A stretch of 64,000 nucleotides of DNA from a bacterium (GTDB lineage Bacteria > Bacillota > Clostridia > Lachnospirales > Lachnospiraceae). The position numbers and the translations under genes are program-made. Each line of letters opens with the position of its first letter. Position 1 is the stretch's first letter. The DNA lies in assembly GCA_963660835.1 (NCBI GenBank), contig CAVLAA010000002.1, positions 7,459 through 71,458 of the forward strand. The letters are read 5' to 3'. The notes beneath the pieces are model-generated. The model had not been told where the DNA came from and made no database searches. It saw only the letters and a list, made by a program, of their open reading frames with translations. Of this stretch, positions 22,243 to 32,032 are shown piece by piece.

Positions 22243-22298
22243 ACAAAATAGCAGCTTAGTTCTTCAATGCAATGACATGCATTTTGTACTAAGCTGCT
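22243..22298. terminator. Bidirectional terminator-like hairpin downstream of the Fe-ADH / small membrane protein genes
   Basis: AGCAGCTTAGT / ACTAAGCTGCT stem, T-rich on both sides. Confidence 0.7.
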
Positions 22299-22305
22299 TT
22301 ATTTT

Positions 22306-22494
22306 TTATCTATTTATTTCCCTTATCATTAAAAGCAATGAAAGAGCATTAACATTTATCACTAATGGAACCAAAATAATATCTAATGTAATCGTGAAGG
22401 CTGTAACATAAAAAAGCAAACATGCAATAAAATATGAGATAGGGATTGAAAATACGCTAAGCAATATATAAGGCCAAAAATTATGTTTTTTCAT
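22306..22494 (-). CDS. Small hypothetical membrane protein (62 aa, two predicted TM segments)
   Basis: MKKHNFWPYILLSVFSIPISYFIACLLFYVTAF...; AGGAGA RBS 7 nt upstream. The longer track ORF (to 22653) has no RBS. Confidence 0.4.
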   Translation of the reverse strand: MKKHNFWPYILLSVFSIPISYFIACLLFYVTAFTITLDIILVPLVINVNALSLLLMIREINR

Positions 22495-22665
22495 TACTTT
22501 TCTCCTTTCCTTATCAATAATTCTTTTTTTTAATTTTACTATGTTTTGTCTTTTTTTACAATATTTATGAGACATTACATGCATTTTTTGTGCATTTATA
22601 CGCGCATTCTTAATCATATCCAAAAAAAGATTGAAGCATGAGTTATGCAACAATCTTTTTTCATT

Positions 22666-23835
22666 TTACAAACATTCTTTGTATATTTTAATTATCTCTT
22701 CTTTTGTAAGCACCTTATATCCGCCTCGCATTATAACCGTAGCATCTGCTATATCCTCAAGCATATCCTCGGTAACTCCAAATTCAGATATATTCATGAC
22801 AAGCCCAAGCTCTTTCATCCACTCTTCCATCTTTTCAAGGCCTTCAAGCGCTATCTCATCATCAGTCTTATCACAAGGATCAACATTCCATACATTTATC
22901 GCAAAGCGTTTGAATTTGGCAATTCCATACGGAAGAATATATTTATAATAAGGAATAGAAATTGCCGCAAGAGTCATTCCGTGAGTCGCATTAGTAAATC
23001 CGCCTACTGCCTGTCCGAGCATATGAACCATCCAGTCTGTAGATTTTCCTTTCTCAATAAGTGTATTGAGCGCCCATGTTGCAGTCCACATGATATTACT
23101 TCTGGCTTCATAATTCTGCATATCCTTATTTGCAATCCTGCTTGAATGAATAACAGAACGCATAAGTCCTTCACTTATATAATCGCTTGTATTATCGTCA
23201 TCTCCTGAAAAATACTGCTCACATATATGATTGAATATATCATATATTCCTGAAACCATCTGATAATGCGGTATAGTCATCGTATACTTAGGATTCAAAA
23301 TAGAGAACTTCGGCATAACCTTCTGACCTCTGAAAACATGCACCAGCTTCTCTTTTGTCTTTGTATTTGTTATAACAGATCCGGAATTCATTTCCGAGCC
23401 TGTTCCTACCATTGTAAGAATGCATCCTACAGGTACCACATCACAATCCGGCTCTTCATATTTAACAAAATATTTTTCCCACGGATCTTCATTGCAATTT
23501 ACAGATACAGATACAGCCTTTGAATAATCGCAAACCGAGCCGCCGCCAACTGCAAGGATAAGATCTGCCTTATGATCTCTTGCAATCTTTACTCCCTCAT
23601 AAAGCTTATCTAATGTAGGATTCGGCATAACACCTGAAATCTCAGCTATATTCTTTTTGTTTTCCTTCAGGATGTCTATAACCTGATCATATATACCATT
23701 TTTTTTGATCGAGCCGCCGCCATATGCTATAACGACATTTGATCCGTATTTCGGCAGCTCTCTGCTTAAATATTTCAAAGAGTTTTCACCGAAATAGAGC
23801 TTTGTAGGGTTACAGTACGAAAAATTTCCAAGCAT
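22666..23835 (-). CDS. Iron-containing (group III) alcohol dehydrogenase
   Basis: AYGGGSIKKNG...ILAVGGGSVCDYSKA and His-rich metal-site motifs, as in butanol/propanediol dehydrogenase-like enzymes. Confidence 0.9.
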   Translation of the reverse strand: MLGNFSYCNPTKLYFGENSLKYLSRELPKYGSNVVIAYGGGSIKKNGIYDQVIDILKENKKNIAEISGVMPNPTLDKLYEGVKIARDHKADLILAVGGGSVCDYSKAVSVSVNCNEDPWEKYFVKYEEPDCDVVPVGCILTMVGTGSEMNSGSVITNTKTKEKLVHVFRGQKVMPKFSILNPKYTMTIPHYQMVSGIYDIFNHICEQYFSGDDDNTSDYISEGLMRSVIHSSRIANKDMQNYEARSNIMWTATWALNTLIEKGKSTDWMVHMLGQAVGGFTNATHGMTLAAISIPYYKYILPYGIAKFKRFAINVWNVDPCDKTDDEIALEGLEKMEEWMKELGLVMNISEFGVTEDMLEDIADATVIMRGGYKVLTKEEIIKIYKECL

Positions 23836-23860
23836 GATATTCTCCCTTCACGTCGTGTAA

Positions 23861-24628
23861 TTAATATATACCGAATTTATTATCCGGCAATACGCTTATA
23901 ACATATTGATCCTTTGTTAAGGATTTATATTCTGTATTTTCTTTTTTTACAAGCTTTATATCAAACCACAGCTCATCGGATGCTGTAACTATATTTGCAA
24001 GCATCCTTCCAAAATCTATTTCCTCGTCCTTATTCATTTTCCTTGCGAGCTTTCCCTTGTAGAAAATATGAAATTCATTGTTTTCTATAAGAAAACGCCA
24101 CGGCTGGCTGTTTTTATATGACGGAGTAAGCCTTGCCATTTCTAAGAGCCTGTTTACCCAGGATTTTGGCTTGTCCTTATATACGCTCAATTGAACAAGT
24201 GTCATCGGCTCCGGACTGCTTTCGTATTCCTTTTCCTTACCGAAGCCCATCACTGCACATGCCTCAAGAGAGCCTTTAACCTTGAGCTCCTTATCAACTT
24301 TTACATCATGCTTCAGCTTTGAGATCAAGCCCATTGCTTTCAAATGTAATGTCATCTGCTGTATTATAAAGCCAATATTTCTGTATGCTCCTGGTGCTTT
24401 TTTAGAATAAAAAATTATATAATACGGAGCATTTACAGACCAAAAGCCACTCTTTACTTTTTTTGAATGTCTGTTGTCAATAATTTCAAAATCGGTATCT
24501 ATTTCATCATTCAAAGAACCAATCTCATAAAAACGTTTTTTTATATTTTCTATGCTGCTGTCGCCAAGTGCTTCAAATGAAAATTTTCTAACTATCTTAG
24601 TCTCTTTTATCGCATCTAATAAATCCAT
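23861..24628 (-). CDS. Nitroreductase-superfamily-like protein (atypical layout)
   Basis: N-terminus MDLLDAIKETKIVRKF resembles nitroreductase helix 1. The signature ARLTPSYKNSQPWRF occurs only at about residue 165. Confidence 0.55.
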   Translation of the reverse strand: MDLLDAIKETKIVRKFSFEALGDSSIENIKKRFYEIGSLNDEIDTDFEIIDNRHSKKVKSGFWSVNAPYYIIFYSKKAPGAYRNIGFIIQQMTLHLKAMGLISKLKHDVKVDKELKVKGSLEACAVMGFGKEKEYESSPEPMTLVQLSVYKDKPKSWVNRLLEMARLTPSYKNSQPWRFLIENNEFHIFYKGKLARKMNKDEEIDFGRMLANIVTASDELWFDIKLVKKENTEYKSLTKDQYVISVLPDNKFGIY

Positions 24629-24984
24629 AGCAAAGCCTCTTTTTCATGTCAAGGATAATGAGTTTTTTCTTCTATTTATATATACTATGGTAAATCACTC
24701 AACTGAAGTTTAGCACAATGAAATATTTGCGTCAAAGCAATTGTTCCAACAATTTTCTATATTAAAGCCTTAAGAAAGAATCATCTGTTAACTTTACACT
24801 GGCGAAAATAAGCAAGTATATTTTCGCATCTGTGCAAATATGATCTCTTCTACCCGGTTTCTGATTTCTTCCGGATATCCTGCTCAAATAGTTCTATAAT
24901 GGTTTTATATTTATGTGAAATATGCTCGCACCACTATAATGTATTTTTTGTTTTTGTTATTAAATTCTCCGCAAGGCGCACAAC

Positions 24985-25018
24985 AAAAAACGCCAGAACC
25001 GGAAATTCCGGGACTGGC
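24985..25018 (-). terminator. Intrinsic terminator downstream of the KduD-like SDR gene
   Basis: The reverse strand reads GCCAGTCCCGGAATTTCCGGTTCTGGCGTTTTTT. Confidence 0.75.
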
Positions 25019-25101
25019 ATTTATATAATTCAAATCAGATTCGGTTTATTTATAGTTTTCATTGCTGCAAATACATCATCTGCCTTATCAAAAGATTCAG
25101 A

Positions 25102-25887
25102 TTAAAGCACCGTGAAGAAGCCGCCATCAACATTAATGTCTACACCATTCAAATAATCAGAGGCCTTAGATGCCAAAAATACCATTGTTCCCATAAGATC
25201 ATCGAGTTCACCCCAACGTCCTGCTGCTATTCGATTTGTGATCTTATTTGAAAATGCCGGATCCTTTCTAAGCTCTGCATTTACATCTGTTGCAAGAAAT
25301 CCGGGACAGATCGCATTTGTTTGGATGTTATATTTTCCAAGCTCATTTGAGAAGTTCCTTGTAATGCCGATAACTCCATGCTTTGCTGCTGTATATGGAG
25401 GACATTTTCCGTCAGATGTATAACTGAGTGCAGAGCCGATATTAATTATCTTTCCGCCGCCCTGCTTTTTCATAACACGTGCTACCTCCTTCGACATGAA
25501 ATAAACTGCATTGAAATCAAGATCTATGCACATATTCCAATATTTATCCGGATAATCATCAAAGTCATGAAAAGCACTTGCCCCGGCATTATTTACAAGA
25601 ATGTCTATATGTCCGTATTGCTTAAGGCACTCTTCAACGCAAGCCTCTCTATATTCTTTTTTTGTAAGATCTCCTCGCAAAAAATGAACCTGTCTTCCTT
25701 TTTTTTCAATAAGTTCCTTAATCTCTTTAACATCTTCTGTAAAATGAGGTATAAAAAGATCTGCTCCGGCCTTAGCAAAGGCTACTGCATAAGCCATTCC
25801 AAGTCCCTGATTGGCTCCTGTTACCATTGCAACCTTTCCATCAAGACGAAACCAATCCATGCTAAAACGTTCCATCGGATTTGACAT
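25102..25887 (-). CDS. SDR-family oxidoreductase (2-dehydro-3-deoxy-D-gluconate 5-dehydrogenase / KduD-like)
   Basis: FRLDGKVAMVTGANQGLG, NNAG and the YTAAKHG catalytic motif. Confidence 0.88.
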   Translation of the reverse strand: MSNPMERFSMDWFRLDGKVAMVTGANQGLGMAYAVAFAKAGADLFIPHFTEDVKEIKELIEKKGRQVHFLRGDLTKKEYREACVEECLKQYGHIDILVNNAGASAFHDFDDYPDKYWNMCIDLDFNAVYFMSKEVARVMKKQGGGKIINIGSALSYTSDGKCPPYTAAKHGVIGITRNFSNELGKYNIQTNAICPGFLATDVNAELRKDPAFSNKITNRIAAGRWGELDDLMGTMVFLASKASDYLNGVDINVDGGFFTVL

Positions 25888-25921
25888 ATTCTTTCCTCCG
25901 TTTATTTAAAACATACTGTTA

Positions 25922-27364
25922 TCAAGCTTCTTTTTCAACTTTTCTTTTTGCGTTACGTTCTGCAATTTCCTGCTGAATCTGACGAACCTTTTCCTCATTC
26001 AATTTATAGAATACTCCGTATACTACCATCGCAATAACTACTGCAGCTAGCGGCAATAATGTTGTCATGCTTCTGATTGCAGAAAGTGTAGCCTCATTTT
26101 GCTGCTGCCCTGCTACATAACCGGTAGCCTGAAGCACTGCTGTCGGGAGTGATCCTCCGATTACCATAGAAAATTTAATTCCAAGGCCTACAAGTGTCAT
26201 AACAATTGCTGTATAACGCTTTCCTGTTTTCCAATCTGCATATTCTACGGGATCAGTTATAACCGACCAAACAATTCCCATTAAAATTCCATAACCAAAT
26301 CCTGTTATGGCACGTGCTGCCATCATTCCAAAAATAGCTGCCGGAGGCATGATATAAAGAACTATACAGCCTATACCCGCTATAGCAAGGCCACACATTA
26401 CTGTGCCTTTCTTTTTAAGATGCTTAGCAAGGAACGGAACACACGGTACGCCTATAACAGAGAAAAGCATCATTATCATCGAAAACCATGAAAGCATATC
26501 CTCTCGTCCGGCATAATAATTTATATAATATGCTCCCATCGTTGCCTGAACCTGGCTCATTGTATAAACACCGAGGAAAAGTACAAATGTAACAAATACA
26601 GGTCCTACTCTGAATAAGAGATAGAAAACATCCTTTATGCCTGCTTTATCCTCTTTCTTATTTGAAACCGGAGGCGGAGCGATCCTTTCTACGATCTGAC
26701 TTGATCCCCAAAGAAGGATTGCAACCATGATAACTGCCATTATAATTGTGGTTACCATATATGACTGAGCAAGTGTCAAAGATGTATTGTTCTGAATGGC
26801 TCCTGAAAGCTCCGGGAGCATGATCGCACATACAACTCCGCCGGCCTGTGCAAGTGTCATTCGAACAGACTGCAGCTTTGTACGCTCATTCTGATCATTT
26901 GTCATAAGAGTTGCACATGATATGTACGGCTGAATAATAAATGTATAAAGCATATTAAGAAGATTGTATCCAACTAATGCCCAGACAATTTTCATCTCAT
27001 AGCTGAATCCAGGTGTTGTATATGTAAGAACTGCTGCAAGTCCAAACGGAATTGCTCCCCAACGGATATATACCCAATATTTACCCTTTTTAGGCTGAAG
27101 ACGTTCACATATTGTTCCCATCATCGGATCATTTATTGCATCCCAGATACGTGATACAGCAAAAATTATTGCAACATGTCCCGGCTTAAGACCAAATATA
27201 TCGGTATAAAAATAGCTGATATAAAGAGCAATGCATTGAAATACAAGATTCATCGCAAAGTCTATTGAGCTGTAGCCTATAACCTCCTTTGTAGGTATCT
27301 TGTAATATCCGAATTGTTCAGACGTTTTTTGCCATGTAGACGGATCCTTCATGTTTTTACTCAT
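25922..27364 (-). CDS. Glycoside-pentoside-hexuronide (GPH) family cation symporter
   Basis: 12-TM MFS-like protein with the GPH signature region (FAVSRIWDAINDPMMG). Confidence 0.88.
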   Translation of the reverse strand: MSKNMKDPSTWQKTSEQFGYYKIPTKEVIGYSSIDFAMNLVFQCIALYISYFYTDIFGLKPGHVAIIFAVSRIWDAINDPMMGTICERLQPKKGKYWVYIRWGAIPFGLAAVLTYTTPGFSYEMKIVWALVGYNLLNMLYTFIIQPYISCATLMTNDQNERTKLQSVRMTLAQAGGVVCAIMLPELSGAIQNNTSLTLAQSYMVTTIIMAVIMVAILLWGSSQIVERIAPPPVSNKKEDKAGIKDVFYLLFRVGPVFVTFVLFLGVYTMSQVQATMGAYYINYYAGREDMLSWFSMIMMLFSVIGVPCVPFLAKHLKKKGTVMCGLAIAGIGCIVLYIMPPAAIFGMMAARAITGFGYGILMGIVWSVITDPVEYADWKTGKRYTAIVMTLVGLGIKFSMVIGGSLPTAVLQATGYVAGQQQNEATLSAIRSMTTLLPLAAVVIAMVVYGVFYKLNEEKVRQIQQEIAERNAKRKVEKEA

Positions 27365-27807
27365 ACATTACCTCCTTTTTCCTCAATGAACATGATTAAT
27401 GATCACCTTATAAGTTTTCCTCCTGCTTTCTAAACAGTGACCTAATTATAAGTATTCCCCGCCTCTCTCCTCAATTGCATAAAAGGACATAAACCACAAA
27501 AACTCGTCTTATCGTTTCAGATAATTAGTCAATATTCCTAATTGTCTATTTCACTTTTGGTATATTATACAATATTGATAAAAATTTAACCATCAAAATA
27601 GTCATTTTAACAAATTCATTCTTGTCAAAACAAATAGTTGTGATAGTATATATGTCAAGAAGTTAATCCATCACTAAAAAGTAATGGGTTTTCTCTTCAA
27701 TTTACATATGATGATAAGACAGCATAGATTATCAACATTAGAGATCATCTTCTTTGCAACCTATTTACCTGTATCGGGGACAATACGAAACACGGAGGTG
27801 ACAATAT

Positions 27808-28716
27808 TTGCATTACAATCAAAAAAAATATCCACTTTATAATCCTGAGCTTATCCGTATGAATATCGGCTCCAGCGACTTTATTGTTAACTATCTTGAT
27901 ATGCTGGACGAAACCTGTATAGAAATGCGGCATGTACATGAGGACGGATATGAAATCTACTATTGCCTGGATGGCACTCAGCATCTTATGCTGGAAGATA
28001 AGTGCTGTACGCTGAATGAAGGCGATTTTGTTATCTTAAAGCCCGGAATCCATCACAATACACTCTATGAGCCAAGATCAAAAAAGCATTATGTAGTATT
28101 TGTATTCAGCACAGCAGAATCTTCATCTTCATCCTGCAAAAGCAAGGCTTCCAAATCCGAATCAGATTTTCTGTCAGAAACATTAGAATATTTCGAAACT
28201 AATCCTTTTTTCTACGGACATGATGTAAATAACGGAAACGAAATCATAAAAAAGCTTCTTGATGAAATTTCAAACAAAAAGGCAGGAAGCAGCTTTATGA
28301 TAAGCGCTCTTTATCAGCAATATCTTATTTCTATTCTGAGATGTATGTTTGATAATCCTTATATACTCAATTCCGATTCGAATTCAAAGATTAATTTAGC
28401 TGTAGAGATAACCAAGTATATGCACGCAAACTATTATAAAAATATTTCGGTTCAGGATATTGCAGATGAATTTTATCTTTCTCCAAGACACGTAAACCGG
28501 GTATTCAGCGATTACTTCGGTCAAAGCTTTAAGAGAACACTAAATATTTACCGTTTGAATTATGCTAAAAATTATCTGATCGATACAAATTACTCTGTTG
28601 AGAAAATAGCCGAACTGGTAGGTCTTTCATCCCCTAAAATGCTATATCAGCTTTTTCAGGAAGTAGATGAAATGACTCTTGCCGATTTCAGATCTAAAGT
28701 AAAACATCCGGTATAA
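27808..28716 (+). CDS. AraC-family transcriptional regulator (cupin sensor plus HTH)
   Basis: N-terminal cupin (HVHEDGYEIYYCLDG) and C-terminal AraC HTH (YLSPRHVNRVFSDYFGQSF...VEKIAELVGLSS). TTG start with a GGAGGTG RBS. Confidence 0.88.
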   Translation: MHYNQKKYPLYNPELIRMNIGSSDFIVNYLDMLDETCIEMRHVHEDGYEIYYCLDGTQHLMLEDKCCTLNEGDFVILKPGIHHNTLYEPRSKKHYVVFVFSTAESSSSSCKSKASKSESDFLSETLEYFETNPFFYGHDVNNGNEIIKKLLDEISNKKAGSSFMISALYQQYLISILRCMFDNPYILNSDSNSKINLAVEITKYMHANYYKNISVQDIADEFYLSPRHVNRVFSDYFGQSFKRTLNIYRLNYAKNYLIDTNYSVEKIAELVGLSSPKMLYQLFQEVDEMTLADFRSKVKHPV

Positions 28717-28738
28717 CTTTTACAAATAACTTTTCTTT

Positions 28739-28778
28739 ATAGGCTAGGGAGGGCAAGCGTTTCCCTTAGCCTATTTTA
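28739..28778 (+). terminator. Intrinsic terminator downstream of the AraC regulator gene
   Basis: ATAGGCTAGGGA / TCCCTTAGCCTAT stem followed by TTTT. Confidence 0.8.
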
Positions 28779-28973
28779 TATATTTTTAACATCTATTTTT
28801 CTTTTCTTCTTTTATATCTGCATACATTTTTACCAAATTATGTTCTATATCAAATCCTCTTTTATAACATTTTAGGACACGAAATACTCAAAGGTGACCT
28901 TTTCATATATGGACATCATCTAATCGGTTTTGTATGATTTGAACAACAAATCGAAAACAAGGAGGGATTTTTG

Positions 28974-30032
28974 ATGAAAATTGTCGCTGCTACAAGAATC
29001 GGTAATATGAAAGATCCGGATCCTGACAAAAGAGGAACCGTAGACGTTATAGATATTCCTGAAAAGCCATTGGCTCCTGATGAGGTCAAAATAAAAGTTG
29101 CTTACTGCGGTATATGCGGAAGTGATCCTCACCTGGTAGACGGATGCTTCAGTAATATTGTTCCTCAGCCTCTCGGTCACGAAATGTCAGGTGTGATCGT
29201 AGAAGTCGGACCCGAAGCAAAATCAAAAGGACTCAAGGTCGGTGACCGTGTCGGAGGAAATTTCCTTGGATACTGCGGAAAATGCTACTACTGCAGCGTT
29301 GGAATGCCTGAATACTGTACGAACGTAGGCAACCAGCCATGCATGGGCGAATATGTAGTCTGGAATGAATCACAGGTTTGTAAGCTTCCGGATAGTGTCT
29401 CATTGAAACAGGGTGCTCTTATGGAGCCACTTTCTATCGCTGTACGCGCCATGGATAAGCTTGATATGAAGATCGGCAAAACAGTTCTCGTTTCAGGCGG
29501 CGGACCTATCGGACAGCTTTGCTGCCAGCTGCTTGCAAAGTATGGTGCTGCTGAGCTTACTCTCAGTGAACCCAACCCTGCAAGAAGAGAAATGGCAAAA
29601 AAGATAGGTGTTGAACACACTATCGATCCTTTGAACGAAGACATATTTGAAAGAGGTATGAAAATAACAAACGGACGCGGCTATGATTGCATACTTGAAG
29701 TTTCTGCCGTACCATCCGCATTTGAATCAGTTTTGCCTCTTGCAGCCAAATTCGCTACTGTTCTGGTCGTTGCACAGTTCCCGAACGGATACAAATTCCC
29801 GCTCGATCTTTTCGAGTACGTATATATGAGACAGATCACAATGACTGGACTTTACTGTGCACACTTCAATTTTGAACGCACAGCCGAATATCTTAAATAT
29901 GTTGATCTTTCTGATTTTACAGCTGACGAGCAGATTTTCGATCTTGATGATGCCGTTCATGCATTTGAGGTCCATCTAAGTCAGAAATATCCAAAGGTAC
30001 TTATAAGATGCAATAAATTTGATGAAGAATAA
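28974..30032 (+). CDS. Zinc-dependent medium-chain polyol/alcohol dehydrogenase (sorbitol/threonine dehydrogenase-like)
   Basis: CGICGSDPH, GHEMSGVIVEVG, the structural zinc Cys cluster CGKCYYCSVGMPEYC and the GGGPIGQL Rossmann motif. Confidence 0.9.
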   Translation: MKIVAATRIGNMKDPDPDKRGTVDVIDIPEKPLAPDEVKIKVAYCGICGSDPHLVDGCFSNIVPQPLGHEMSGVIVEVGPEAKSKGLKVGDRVGGNFLGYCGKCYYCSVGMPEYCTNVGNQPCMGEYVVWNESQVCKLPDSVSLKQGALMEPLSIAVRAMDKLDMKIGKTVLVSGGGPIGQLCCQLLAKYGAAELTLSEPNPARREMAKKIGVEHTIDPLNEDIFERGMKITNGRGYDCILEVSAVPSAFESVLPLAAKFATVLVVAQFPNGYKFPLDLFEYVYMRQITMTGLYCAHFNFERTAEYLKYVDLSDFTADEQIFDLDDAVHAFEVHLSQKYPKVLIRCNKFDEE

Positions 30033-30053
30033 CCAAAATGAAAGGAGATAAAC

Positions 30054-30911
30054 ATGGGTATCAAACTTGATTCAATTAAAGATCTCGAGAATAAATGCGT
30101 AGATGTTCGCGATAATTTGCTTAACTTTATCTATCGCATTGGCATGGGACATCTTGGCGGAGAGCTTTCAATGGTTGAAATGGCTGTAGCTCTTTATTAT
30201 AAATATTTAAATTTCGATGTTCTTGATCCTCACAAAGAAGGAAGGGATCGTTTTATCCTTTCAAAGGGACATTGCTCTGAAACGCTTTATACTATTTTCT
30301 CTGAACAGGGCGCATATACTCAGGATTACATGGTTGAACATTTTGAAAATCTCGATCAATACAAATTCGGAATGCACTCAAACAGAAAAAAATGTCCTCA
30401 GATTGAAGTTTCGGCAGGATCACTCGGACATGGTCTTCCAATCGCTGTAGGATATGCATTAGGTGCACGCTATAGAAAAGAAAATTACCGTGTATTTGTT
30501 ATGATCGGTGACGGTGAATTCGATGAAGGAACCAACTGGGAGGCTCTTATGTCAGGTGCTAACTATAAGCTCAACAACTTAGTTTGCATTCTTGACAGAA
30601 ATAAGCTCCAGATGACAGGAAATACAGAGGAAATCATGGCACTCGGTGATATTGCAGCTAAGGTAAGCGCATTTGGCTGGAATCCTATCGTTATCGATGA
30701 CGGAAACGATATGGCTCAGGTATGTGCTGCTCTTGATAAGCTTCCTCCTCTTGATTATTCAAAGAAATCCAAACCTACATTTATTATCAGCAACACTGTC
30801 AAAGGAAAAGGTGTAAGCTTCATGGAAAACAACCATAAATGGCATGGCGGCGGAATCAGTGAAGATGACCTTAAGATCGCACTTGCAGATGTAGCAAAGA
30901 TGAGAAAATAA
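30054..30911 (+). CDS. Transketolase, N-terminal (TPP-binding) subunit
   Basis: GHLGGELSMVE...SKGHCSETLY...GSLGHGLPIAVG...GDGEFDEGTNWEA. Confidence 0.93.
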   Translation: MGIKLDSIKDLENKCVDVRDNLLNFIYRIGMGHLGGELSMVEMAVALYYKYLNFDVLDPHKEGRDRFILSKGHCSETLYTIFSEQGAYTQDYMVEHFENLDQYKFGMHSNRKKCPQIEVSAGSLGHGLPIAVGYALGARYRKENYRVFVMIGDGEFDEGTNWEALMSGANYKLNNLVCILDRNKLQMTGNTEEIMALGDIAAKVSAFGWNPIVIDDGNDMAQVCAALDKLPPLDYSKKSKPTFIISNTVKGKGVSFMENNHKWHGGGISEDDLKIALADVAKMRK

Positions 30912-30927
30912 GAAAGGAGAGATTACA

Positions 30928-31899
30928 ATGGCAAGCAAAACTACTTATGATTTTGATATGATGCTCTCCAATGCACGCGAAGCTTATGGAGAAGAGCTTT
31001 ATAAAATGGCACAGGAAGGTGAGGATTTCATCTTTACCTATTCAGATAATGTCGCACCTTCAACAAAAGCCGGACAGCTTATAAAGGATTTCCCTGACCG
31101 ATGCTTTAACTTCGGTATAGCAGAACCGGGTCAGGTTGGTGCATCCGCAGGTCTCGCACTTTCCGGAAATATCGTATTTTCACAGGTATTCGGACCATTT
31201 CTTCCACTTCGTGCGGCAGATCAGATCCATACAGATATAGCTTATAATGATGTAAATGTAAGACTTATAGGAACTCACTCCGGTGTTACAGCAGGCGGCG
31301 GACCTACTCACAATGACATTGCCGATCTTGCCCTTTACAGAGCTATCCCTAATCTTACAGTTGTTGTTCCTGCTGATGCCGATCAGTGCTGTAAATTTAT
31401 CCGCAAATCAATGAAATATGAAGGTCCAATGATCATAAGAATAGACCGTGCCGGTTCTCCTAACTTTTATGCAGATACTAACTATGATCTTGAAATCGGT
31501 AAAGCAATCGAAGCGGTAGAAGGAACTGATGCTTATATCATCTCCTGCGGTTCAAATCTTTACGAATGTCTTATGGCAGCTAAATCGCTTAAAGATAAAT
31601 ACGGTGCCAGCATAGGTATCCTTGATATGCATACGATCAAACCTTTCGACAGCGAATCTGTCATAAGAGTTGCAAACAAAACAGGCAATATAGTTACCGT
31701 TGAGGATCACTCTATAAACGGCGGTCTCGGCGGTGCATGTGCTGAGGTTCTTCTTGAAGCCGGATATAAAGGCTGCTTTGCAAGGGTAGGAATGCCTGAC
31801 GAATTTGCAGTTCTCGGATCAGTTGATGATATCTATCACTACTACAAAATGGACAGAGACGGTATCGAAGAAAAGCTCAAAGGAATGCTCAAATTATAA
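30928..31899 (+). CDS. Transketolase, C-terminal (pyrimidine-binding) subunit
   Basis: FNFGIAEPGQVGASAGLA...GPTHNDIADLAL; immediately follows the N-terminal subunit. Confidence 0.93.
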   Translation: MASKTTYDFDMMLSNAREAYGEELYKMAQEGEDFIFTYSDNVAPSTKAGQLIKDFPDRCFNFGIAEPGQVGASAGLALSGNIVFSQVFGPFLPLRAADQIHTDIAYNDVNVRLIGTHSGVTAGGGPTHNDIADLALYRAIPNLTVVVPADADQCCKFIRKSMKYEGPMIIRIDRAGSPNFYADTNYDLEIGKAIEAVEGTDAYIISCGSNLYECLMAAKSLKDKYGASIGILDMHTIKPFDSESVIRVANKTGNIVTVEDHSINGGLGGACAEVLLEAGYKGCFARVGMPDEFAVLGSVDDIYHYYKMDRDGIEEKLKGMLKL

Positions 31900-31921
31900 T
31901 TCCTAATACTCATTCTTTTAA

Positions 31922-31980
31922 CCGACCTAAATAATTCAATGCTTAAATCCTCATTCAAATTATTTAGGTCGGGAATTTTA
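31922..31980 (+). terminator. Long hairpin downstream of the split transketolase genes
   Basis: 15-bp stem CCGACCTAAATAATT / AATTATTTAGGTCGG with a large loop and a weak T tract. Confidence 0.5.
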
Positions 31981-32032
31981 GCATTTCAATTGTTAAAATA
32001 AAGACAATTTCAGATATGAAAGGAAAATAATC

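Noticed and set aside
24781-24900. Possible remnant of an AraC-type HTH on the minus strand in the 470-nt non-coding stretch downstream of the SDR gene (frame reads ...FEQDIRKKSETG*KRSYLHRCENILAYF...)
   Set aside because: The resemblance to the AraC FKKxTG...YLxxxRIxxA pattern is loose, the spacing of key residues does not fit, and the frame is interrupted. This is not enough to call a pseudogene without a homology search.
24899-25105. 68-aa plus-strand ORF in the same non-coding stretch
   Set aside because: It has no RBS, it overlaps the terminator of the SDR gene, and its sequence is hydrophobic and low in complexity without recognisable features.
25378-25884. 168-aa plus-strand ORF antisense to the KduD-like SDR gene; similarly 22645-23145 antisense to the Fe-ADH gene and 43018-43470 antisense to nrdR/uppP
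   Set aside because: The same reasoning applies: the opposite strand carries genes with diagnostic motifs, and these frames show no protein-like features.
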